Source: Vicugna vicugna
Lineage: Eukaryota
Reading direction: 5' to 3'
Length of the DNA stretch: 64,000 nucleotides
Assembly (NCBI GenBank): GCA_013265495.1
Contig: MU058531.1
Coordinates: 310,001-374,000, forward strand
Shown: piece by piece, positions 38,120 through 47,809 of the stretch
How the letters are laid out: the number at the start of each line of letters is the position of its first letter
Position numbering within the stretch: position 1 is the stretch's first letter
The notes under the pieces: generated by a model
Told to the model about the DNA's origin: nothing
What the model saw: only the letters and a program-made list of their open reading frames with translations
Databases searched by the model: none
Program-made: the position numbers and the translations under genes

Positions 38120-40267
38120 TTTTTTTTTTTTTTAGAAAGAAAACATGTTGTGTATTTTTTTTTCCAAATTAAAGAAGTTATAGGTGCAAAACATGGCATT
38201 CAGATGATAAAGAAAAATATAAAAAAAGGAAATGAAAGGCACTCCTAACACCCCATTTTTAAGAATTAATAGCTTGTATATATATTGCTGTATTTTAACC
38301 ACATGCATATATAGCTTTTTTTTTTTTCCTGGTACCTAGATCTTAGCTTCATAAACATCAATATTAATGGCGCCCGGGTTTTCAGAAGCAGCCTGCTGGA
38401 AGCTTGGCTGCTGACGTTGCGAGGTGTCCACATGTGAAGTAGGGCTGAGTGGTTGTTACTTGTTTTTCCTGGGCTTGATGACCTTGATGTAACTGTGAAT
38501 GACAGATCTTAATTGCCTTCCTTCCCCTTTTGATGCCAATTCAAAGCAGATGAGTTTAAGTTTGTCGCCTTCCTCACAGAGGATTCTGGTCAGTCGTCCG
38601 TACACCAGGACCTCCATAGCTCCTGTACTGTCTTGTACTTCATAATATATGCATTCATTCCACACCGTTTTCTTGTGCACCTGAAACACCCCATTCACAA
38701 ATGTTCCTGGAACTTGCAAGTGGAGATGACTGATTTTAGGAGTTGCATTTGCCTTTCTAATCAGGCTCTGAGGGATTTCCATCTTTCGGTCAGCATTAAC
38801 ATCGGACACAGATAAGGTATGGAATATCTCCAGGAACCCATTGCGGCCAACATAATCCGATACGGCAATAATTTTCTTTGGGATGAACTTCTCCTTCAGG
38901 GCAACATGATAAACTTTCACTTGGAAGAATTCGCTCTCAGTAGCCACTGTGGCATGAAACATCTCTCTGTTGCCTTCTCTGACATCATATATAAATGGTT
39001 CTGTTGCATTCAGCACCATCACTTCTTTGGGGCCCCTTTGGAAGCCCTCCTCTCTGGAAGCTTCTTTAGGAACAGCCTTCAACTTTGGTTTCTTGGTTAC
39101 AGGACTGCTGGAGGGGGTTGGTGGTAGCACCCAAGGAGTCTGGAAGCAGCCCTCCGGCGGGTGTATGCTGGGTGTTAAAGGTTCTGGAAGCTGACTCTGC
39201 TCCAAGGGTAGTTTTATCCTCTGGGGGTTAACAGTTTTGGTGGTGGTTGGGTCTTCTCTTTTCTGAGGTAAAGTATATATTTCTTCTTCCTGCTTGATGG
39301 AGGAGCTGCAGAGTGGGGCTGGTGGAAGCGTCTGAGCAGTCCAGCCACAGCGCTCAGGTGGGCACATGCTGGTTGCCCAAGTTTCTGGAAGCTGACTCTG
39401 TTTCTGAGATAGCATCTTCTTTTTTAAGTCATTAGTTTTGGTGGTTTTCTCATATTTTCTCTTGGTTGAGGAACTGCTAGATGGGGCTAGCAGAGGCATT
39501 GGAGGAGTCTGGAGAAGGCTCTCAGCTGACTGCTTGCTGGTTCCTGATGTTCCTGGAAGCGGATTCTGCTTCTGGGTTAGCCTCATCCTCTTAGCTTCAT
39601 TGGTTTTTGTGGTCTTGATTTTCTTCACGGGTGTGCCCTTGGTTGATTTAGGTCCCAAAGCTTTATTTGTGGTAGATGTACTGGGTTTATCCTGCTTGTC
39701 TTTTCCTGGAGTTGTTTCATTTGCTTTGGATTTCCTTTTAACTTTTGACTTCTCATTTCTAAGAGTTTTAACAATGTCTTTAAGTGATTCAATATCTTTG
39801 ATGAGCTCTATTCGTTTGTCAACACAGGCAGCTCCTTTGAACTTTTTTGCCATCAGATCGGCGATCTTAATTCTGTTGTATTCATCCTGAGTTTTTGTAG
39901 TCAGATTTAAATCCTCATGCAGTCGAGACTTAACCAGTCTGAAATTATAATCATCAATGTGCTGTAACCCTTTCAGCAGAAGAATTTTCTTGAATTCATT
40001 CGCCATGTCTCAAGTTATGGATGTGCCTCACTAGAAATTTCTTCCACGGTAGTCCAGATCTTGAGGCTTTCTTTAGAAATGCAGGAATCACTGTTTACTT
40101 TGTTTAAGTTGGAAGATAAATCGGTAAAGCTCTCAGTGACTGCAGGGCAGAATTTTAAAATCTCTTGAAGGGCAGAGAAGAAAGAAGTGCTTTGAAAGAT
40201 AGTAAGAGAAAAGGGCACTGGTTAGAGCCACTTAAAAACTCAACTTAGTGGTGGTTTCCTCGTACTG
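38120..40267 (-). mobile_element. Processed (L1-retrotransposed) mRNA copy of an IFI16-like gene, including 5' UTR (~40007-40267), 3' UTR (38134-38455) and poly(A) remnant
   Basis: T14 run at 38120-38133 (A-tail on the minus strand) with AATACA at 38151-38156, 17 nt upstream. The UTRs resemble IFI16 mRNA UTRs from memory (tgattcctgcatttct...ctcaagatctggactac...agtgag in the 5' UTR; aatggggtgttaggagtgc in the 3' UTR). Degenerate TSD TATTTCTCTCTT (38110-38121) vs TCTTTCTTTCTT (40268-40279). Confidence 0.88.
38456..40006 (-). CDS. IFI16: Intronless PYHIN (IFI16-like/HIN-200) protein, 516 aa: PYD (aa ~1-88), basic NLS-like stretch, three S/T/P-rich repeats, single HIN-B domain (aa ~313-510); retrocopy with intact reading frame
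   Basis: The N-terminus MANEFKKILLLKGL...DYNFRLVKS...DEYNRIKIADLM is a typical PYHIN pyrin domain. The C-terminal part contains the HIN-200 signature MFHATVAT plus KEVMVLNATE, RNGFLE, DVNADRKMEIP, FVNGVF, CEEGDKLKL and LRSVIHSYIKVIK, matching IFI16 HIN-B as I recall it. No introns, frameshifts or internal stops. The symbol denotes the likely parent family, not proven orthology. Confidence 0.93.
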   Translation of the reverse strand: MANEFKKILLLKGLQHIDDYNFRLVKSRLHEDLNLTTKTQDEYNRIKIADLMAKKFKGAACVDKRIELIKDIESLKDIVKTLRNEKSKVKRKSKANETTPGKDKQDKPSTSTTNKALGPKSTKGTPVKKIKTTKTNEAKRMRLTQKQNPLPGTSGTSKQSAESLLQTPPMPLLAPSSSSSTKRKYEKTTKTNDLKKKMLSQKQSQLPETWATSMCPPERCGWTAQTLPPAPLCSSSIKQEEEIYTLPQKREDPTTTKTVNPQRIKLPLEQSQLPEPLTPSIHPPEGCFQTPWVLPPTPSSSPVTKKPKLKAVPKEASREEGFQRGPKEVMVLNATEPFIYDVREGNREMFHATVATESEFFQVKVYHVALKEKFIPKKIIAVSDYVGRNGFLEIFHTLSVSDVNADRKMEIPQSLIRKANATPKISHLHLQVPGTFVNGVFQVHKKTVWNECIYYEVQDSTGAMEVLVYGRLTRILCEEGDKLKLICFELASKGEGRQLRSVIHSYIKVIKPRKNK

Positions 40268-40873
40268 TCTTTCTTTCTTTTTTTAATTGAAGTATAGTCA
40301 GGTACAATTTTGTGTCAGTTTCTGGTGTACAGCATAATGTTTTAGTCATAAATATACATGCATATATTCGTTTTCATATTCTTTTTCATTATAGGTTACT
40401 ACAAAATATTGAATATAGTTCCCTGTGCTCTTTCTTGTGTTTTTCCCTTGACACTAGAAATTTCTTCCACGGTAGTCCAGATCTTGAGGCTTTCTTTAGA
40501 AATGCAGGAATCACTGTTTACTTTGTTTAAGTTGGAAGATAAATCGGTAAAGCTCTCAGTGACTGCAGGGCAGAATTTTAAAATCTCTTGAAGGGCAGAG
40601 AAGAAAGAAGTGCTTTGAAAGATAGTAAGAGAAAAGGGCACTGGTTAGAGCCACTTAAAAACTCAACTTAGTGGTGGTTTCCTCGTACTGTCTTTCTTTC
40701 TTTTTTTAATTGAAGTATAGTCAGGTACAATTTTGTGTCAGTTTCTGGTGTACAGCATAATGTTTTAGTCATAAATATACATGCATATATTCGTTTTCAT
40801 ATTCTTTTTCATTATAGGTTACTACAAAATATTGAATATAGTTCCCTGTGCTCTTTCTTGTGTTTTTCCCTTG
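40029..40873. repeat. Direct tandem duplication, 422-bp unit (40029-40450 and 40452-40873) separated by one A
   Basis: The two copies look identical by eye (cactagaaatttcttccacgg...gtgtttttcccttg), period 423. The duplicated ORFs MPFSLTIFQSTS... in the ORF track confirm it. Confidence 0.97.
40280..40428 (-). mobile_element. Short 5'-truncated L1 3'-end stub (second copy at ~40703-40851 through the duplication)
   Basis: ttttaattgaagtatagtca...gaatatagttccctgtgc matches the other L1 3' ends in this window; flanked by TCTTTCTT at 40272-40279 and 40429-40436. Confidence 0.85.
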
Positions 40874-43800
40874 TTTTGGTGAGGGACATCTTTCAGTAGC
40901 TTCCAGAGGTACATATTCTTAAGAGCTTGCTAGTCTTAAAATGTCTTTATTCTACTTTCCTGGATAGTATTTTAGGGTTTAAATTTCTTGGTTGAAAATA
41001 ATTTCTGCTCAGAAAGATACTGCTTTTGCGAAGTCCATTGCTATTTGGTTGGCTGTCTGTGTTATCAGCTCTTTCTTCTCTCTTCCTCAGGGCGCCATCC
41101 AATTTTTTCCCTCTAAATCAAGACATTCCAAAGTGCAATTAAAGAATTTCAAAATGAAATCTTCTACATTTTTCGACCCCTTGCTTGAATTGTTTTTGTT
41201 CCTTTCTTTTCCAAGGATCAATTTAAATGCCTTCCTATTCACAGCTTTGTTTTCAATAATTGCAGTTTGCTAGAGAGCTTCAAAGGCTGAAATGTCTGGC
41301 ACTTGGTACATGAAATACCACCTCCGAAAAGCAGGAGGAGTAATCACACTTCATTTTAACACCCTATGTACTGCCCTTGAAAGGGTCTGGGAAGGGTCAA
41401 GAAAAAAGAGAAAGTAATCACTGGTTACTGTCCAGATTTAGCCACAAGTTAAGGTGAGAGGTCTGTTTTCTGCAAGTGCATCTCACACTTTACTGAGTGA
41501 GAGCATGACACATGCTGGAAACTCAAAGTATAGGTCAGCCGATCCCATACAGGCTGATTTTAAAGCAGCTGTTACTCCAAATAGTATTTCATTATAAATT
41601 AAAAAATCTGGGAAAATGGTAAGCTGGATCAAATTCCAGTGGGACCGTTCTAAGCAAACTAGAATGTATGGCCACTCTAGGTAGATTAATATTGTCACCA
41701 AGAGATCCATTTCAGAATTTATGGAAGGAGGGTAATATCCTGAAACATGCATTGAATATCTCTGTAAATTGCACTGGCCTGGGCGTTATGAAAAAACACA
41801 AAACAGACGAGGGATTTGTAAGGGAAGAAGAGGGTTGCTTGGCTGGAGAAAAGGGGGACGTGGAAAGTAACACAGGTTGAGCGTTGCTAGAGGTGAATGC
41901 CGTGGATTCATCTTGTAGTGGCTTGAACATAAATTCAACCACAATTTGGAGATTTCATACCCTCTGTGTGCTATCAACAAACGTCCCAGCTGGATGAGGG
42001 CTCAGAAAACAGCAGATTTAATGACACTTCAACTTTCAAATGCAGTCTCCAGTTTGCAGGCAGTGAGAGTTGCTTACTAAGTGGGCAGCTTCTAAAAAGG
42101 CTGATACTCGTTCTGAAGAGTTAGAAAAATGTTGCGGACCTTGCATGAGCACCAGCTGGTTTCTCTGAAGTTGGCACGTGGTGCTTTTTCTTGAGAAAGC
42201 CAAGACTGCTTCTGTGTTCACCCAGGGCAGTGGCATATCTGAGTTCAAGGAAAAGCTGGACAAACATGTTTCATTATGATGACTTCTATAAGAAGAGAGA
42301 AAAGACACTCCCCTGAGCTCTGAAACAGGCATTTGCAAAACTGGGGACTTGTTTTAGGACTATTTATCTCCTTACTTAAATGCATACTGTACATATTCTT
42401 CTCAACGTGCCAGGCATTGCACTTGCTGCTGGGTCACAAGGCAGACGGGGTTCCTGCCTTCATGGAGTTTGGGAATGAATAAAAGGAAATATTTCAATAA
42501 GTGGAGGTAATTTTAAGAAATTGATTACCTATCCTCCTGTTCTTCCAACAAGGTGTGCATTTCAAATACAGATTGGTGCCAAGGTGAACATATTTTTGAC
42601 TGCATATTAGAGAAGAATAAGGGGTGTTTGAGAAGTTCATTCCTCATCGGATTGATTTAATGGAAGAAAAATATTTAACCCATTGATATAAATAAAAGAT
42701 CATTGTAATGATAATAATAATTCATTGGGTACTTTCCATGTCCCAGAGACTGTGTTGGGAGTTTTCCATGCATTATTTCATTTAATCCTCTCAGCCATCC
42801 CATATGTTAGGCGCTATTATTATCTCTATTTTTTTAAAAAGAAGAAATGTGACTTGCAGAAAGGTTAAAAGGTTAAGTAACTTACTTGCCCTGGGGCATG
42901 TATGGTGAACGGATGAACCAAGAACCAAGCCTAGTGAGTCTGACTCTGAAATGTCAATCTTAACTCCAGACATCCCTGCTTCATCAGATTCAGGCTAGGG
43001 GGCGATCGTTTGTGTGATTGCTGTGGATCAGTCTGTATGGTCACTCTTTTCAGATATTGGTGTGGAGTGAATGCATTGTTGAAGGGTCTGAAAGCTCTAG
43101 TCAACCGCTGTTCAGGGCATCGCCTTCATCTAGCGCTGTCCTTATTTGTGGCACAATGGATGTGTCGTCGGTGTCTTATCAGTGCCTCTCTGGAAACCCT
43201 GTCCAAGAGTCCCAGCAACTGAGAAAGGGGCAGGTACCTACTCAGCAGAACCCAGTAAGAAGAAAAAAATTTCAACCCCAATTTGCTTTCCCATCAAGGA
43301 AATCTCCTGTGTCACAGAGTCTCATAAATGGCAGCTGGTAAATGGCTCATAAGCTGGCTCATGTAAGTGGCACTCACACTCAATATCAGCTTGAAAAGTG
43401 CCAGGGCATGTTCAGGGGGTGTGGGAAGCTGAGATGTAATCACTTACAACTCCCTGTGTGGATGTGTGTGTGTGTGTGTGTATGTATTATTGTCAAGCTA
43501 GTGTCACAAATACTAAATTATTTAATTAGGCAGCACAAGATTAAGCCCATAAAGTGTGTTAATGTGACACATCATTTCACAAATGGGACTTCAGGATGGC
43601 TTGCTGGGATTCTCCAACATGACAAAAATACCTGTTAACTTTTACTGCAGCTTGTCTTAAAATTAAGGTAGAGCCAGCTAATAGTTTAAGAAAGAAGCAG
43701 TGATGGGGGAGGAGGCATGGGCTGGAAGTCAGTGTCCTTGAACAGTGATTCTGCCTTTGTAATTTGCTTTGTTACTTTCCTAAATTCTCTTCAGACATGC

Positions 43801-45502
43801 AAATAAGCCGCCTCAGTTACCTAATCACGTGACAATAATGTCCACTAGTTACTGAGTTCCATTCTGGTGAGTAAACCATGTTTTAAAGACGTTTTATGCA
43901 ATGCAGTAATTTATTTCATATTATTGTTATATGCCATTTATTATTCATGTATTATTCGTTACATGTTGAGCATTGGAAACAATCCCCATGCTTAAAAATT
44001 GGGAAATTAGTTAGATAAACTGGGATACATCCACATTATGAAATGTTACCTAGCCATTAAAGTGATGCTAGCAAAGAGTTCATAACACCAAGGAAAACAA
44101 TTATTATGTTCAATGAATAAATTAAATTAAGATGTGTCTATATCATCTAACCTTTGTAAAATATCCATAGGAAAAAAACTGGAAAGAACATTCCAAAATG
44201 TTAAGATTGTCTCTGGGTTACAAGTTACGGCTATCAGCTTTTTTCCCCCTTTTTTGGCTGTTCCTTCTGTGTTATTCATATTGCCTGTCATAAGTGTTAT
44301 TTTCTTAATCTCAAACCAAACAAAAAAAAAATCTCATGTAAGAGACATTTGACTTATTCACATGTACCAGTGGGAACTTCAGTTAGCAGGGCCACCATTA
44401 TGTTTGGGTATTCAGAAGAGTTTCAGTACCCTGCAATTTTAGTATTTTCAGTAAAGGTGATTTGTTCAAAGTATGAAAAAGATACGGTTTAATTATGGCC
44501 TTTTATCCAAATGCCATTTATGGCTAAAGAACTGAGACTGCCTGGCCTGCACGGTGACTCCCTGTTGGGCTTGCACGGGTGAGTGTAAAGCTGGGAGCCA
44601 GTGACGGAAGCTGCCCTGCTGCCGACTGCTCAGGTGCTGTCTCCCTGCACCTGGCTCACTCCTCTCCCACTTGTTCACAACCCGCTTAGAGGTGGTTCTC
44701 TTGTCACTCACCAGTCAGGTCCCATAAGAAGGCCATCCTACTAAAAGCACCCTGCCAGCACCCAGCATTTCCTCAGGGAGTACTTTCCACAATGTGATTG
44801 GGTCTCCGTGTGGTTTATGTCCACCTGTCCTCCCACTGCAGATGAAGTTGCATGAAAGGAGGGACCGCGTCTGTCTGGTTTCCTGTTGTACTCTCAGCAC
44901 CCAGCCCAGAGGCTGGGACTTAAGGATTTAGTATCTATTTGTTGCATGAACGAGTGGATGCATCACATTTTAGAGATGCCAGATGTGAATTTCAAATGTG
45001 TACAAATCCCCATGCCATTGAAATTGTGCTTGAAGGAGAAGCTCAGGAATTGGAACACGACAGGAGTTGGATGCCGAGTGGAAAAGTGCAGGTGGTGCCT
45101 TCCCTCAGACACACCAGCAGTGAGAGTGTGTGCTTGTCTGTCCACCATGTGCTTATAATCACAGCTGAGGTTTAGTAATCATACGGCATCCTGCCTGAGT
45201 ATCAGGGCCACGGACTGGCTCCTTGGGCTTGAATTCCAGCTAGGCATCCAGTACTATATCTGTCAATGTGGCATGTTATTTAATACCGCTGTGCCTTAAT
45301 TTCTTCATCTGGATAACAAGCTATAGTACCAGTTAAGGTTATTGTAGAGAGAAAATGAGGTAAAGCACATTCAGTGCTGAACACAGCCCTGAAACATTGT
45401 AGGCGTTCAGTAAGTCTCTTCAATTGCAGCAGTATTGTTATTATTAATACTTTTAAAATTTCTAAAGTTGTTACTAATTTTTCTGATACAAAAATTTCTC
45501 AG

Positions 45503-45519
45503 TGACCACTAGATGGCAT
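45503..45519 (+). promoter_or_regulatory. CTCF-like motif
   Basis: TGACCACTAGATGGCAT fits the CCASYAGRKGGCR consensus; motif only. Confidence 0.45.
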
Positions 45520-47267
45520 GAAGGCTAATTTAAAAAATACACAGTCTGGTCCTTACTCGTATCTGGAAAAACATGCGGTGAAAAGTAATTTAATACGTTT
45601 TGATTTTTAAGTTCTGATTTAGTAACTAAGTATTTTTCATTATTTTAGGTAGAAAAATCCTAGAAGGGATCATATTTGATTCAACTATGTTTCTATTAAG
45701 GGCTCACCAGGCTTCTTCTGTTTCTCTTGAATTAAGAAATTTATTGTTGAGTGTTCTGAATGATGCTGTAAAGTAAATGGGCGTCTCAGTCCATTAAAAA
45801 CAAAATTACTGTTTTGTAGCCATGGTGGGATGTACTAATGGTCAACAATGTGCCAGACTCAGTGGTTAGCTGGATGGAAGTATCTGGGGGTTTCCTGAGC
45901 TGGGAGCTGAAGACAATAAGATAGTGATTGCATGTGAAGCAGACAAGTGTTTGAAGGAAGTGCTTGTGTAAACCCAGGGGGAAGCCCACTCATTCCTTAC
46001 CCTGCTCAGGGACGCTGTACTATGAGGCAGGTGCATTTGCCTTCCTCAGCTTTATAGAATGCAATAAATGAGCAGCAAAATGCAAATACAAATATCCTCC
46101 TCAAAGACACTGTGGTGGACTTAGAAATTTTGTGTTGGTTATCCAAGCATTAACTTGCAGATATGTTATCTAAGGTGTTGAAGAGTAACCATGTATTCAG
46201 GACATTCATAAAAGAGAATAACTTAGATGACAAGTGAACTTCGATGGGGTGGGTGGCTTACTGTGGCCAAAGAGGTAGGTGAAGTTTAACTGAAGGGGGA
46301 AGATCAATTTTGTCATAAAGGCCAATGAACCTGACTGGGGAACCGTCAGTTTGGTCATCTTTTTCAGCCTTTGAAGTAGATGGATTACTGAATATTAAAC
46401 TCCATAAGGGCAGTGTATACATGTCACCTCTGAATCTCTAAAACAACGTAGTACCTACACCAGTATACATTCAATAAATGCTGGCTGAACAGTGAGTAAT
46501 AAAATATCCAGTCAATTAGACTAAATAAACGAACCCTATTGGAGGTCAGCAAGAGCGGTTTTTGGTCAAGTGATTATAGCATGTTTGTAAGAAGACACTC
46601 CCCTTTTGTCCCAAGTATATAAGAGAATATAAAATATGAACAAAAAATACAGAAAGAGATAAAAAGGCAAAGTCAAGTTAAAAAATAAGGTAAAGGCCTG
46701 TGTGAACCAGAAAGGGGACACAACCACACAGCAGTAAATGAGGCTGAAGACACACAATGCTGGGCTCCCTGTGTAGGAGCAAGCACTAGATTTGTGAGTT
46801 TTGCTCTTGTGAATAACGAAGAAAATCTCCTCTTGTGGGATGGGGAATTGGGCCCAGGCTCACTTCTTGCACTCAACTCCACCTAATCCTCAACAGAATC
46901 ATTAAGAATGGACTTCCACAAGAAAAAAGGTGAACCCACCACAATCTAGATGTCTAGACATTTGTCTTTATAGGCTTTAAAAGTGTGTGTGTGTGTGTGT
47001 GCGCGCACACGTGCGCTTAGCAAATTTAGAAACAAATCATCGCTCATCGGGCTGATTCAGATAAACCAAGGTCCCAGACAGTGATGAAAAAAAAATCCAC
47101 AATAACACAGCATGCAAATGTAACTAGAAATAACAGATGGCCACGGCACTCTCTCTTTTGTGGGTGTACTACCCAGGAAGCCAAATGATAATCAGAAGTT
47201 TGCATAGTGAGCGTGAGATCAGAGCAAGGGGAATTAGTTATATGGTTGAAATGGCTGAAAAGTTTTA

Positions 47268-47482
47268 TGGCAGAGGTTGGCAAACTTTTTCTCTAAAAGG
47301 CCAGATAGAAAATATTTCAGGCTTTGTTGGCCTTATGGCCTTTGTTGAGACTACACAGCTTTGCCATTATAATGCAAAAGGAACCATAGATAATGGGTAA
47401 ATGAATGGACATGCCTGTGGTACAATAAAACTTTATTTACAGAAACAGGATTTGGTCCAAGAGCTGTAGTTTACCGACCCCG
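47268..47482. mobile_element. MER58A-like hAT MITE
   Basis: cagaggttggcaaac ... gtttaccgacccc inverted termini; caataaaactttatttaca core. Confidence 0.8.
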
Positions 47483-47753
47483 GAACCAGGGTGTGGAACC
47501 AGGTCCTGAATGTCTGATGTATCCATCTCCATCATGTTGATTCAGATGCTGTCAATATACATAAGGCGCCACATTCTTGAATCAGGGCTTTCTCTCCCTT
47601 CCTTAAGCAGAGACTCTTTGCAGGCCTCTGTGATCCCTTCCGCCTCATGGTTAAGACTTTCTTTAGATGTGATCATTCCTCCAACTAGGTTAGAGTCCAG
47701 GGTCATTGTTTTAGGAGGCTTTCTGTCTTCTCGGTGTGACTTTGCACATCTCT

Positions 47754-47809
47754 TTTTCAGATCACCTGGAGCTGAATTTCCTCCTTTTCAGATCACCTGG
47801 AGCTGAATT
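47754..47809 (+). repeat. 25-bp direct repeat, period 31
   Basis: TTTTCAGATCACCTGGAGCTGAATT at 47754-47778 and 47785-47809. Confidence 0.95.

Noticed and set aside
38315..38327. T-run as the retrocopy poly(A) tail
   Set aside because: IFI16-like 3' UTR similarity continues past it to ~38134 and no poly(A) signal precedes it; it is an internal A-run.
39438..39890. 150-aa hydrophobic ORF on the plus strand
   Set aside because: Antisense shadow of the lysine-rich PYHIN coding sequence.
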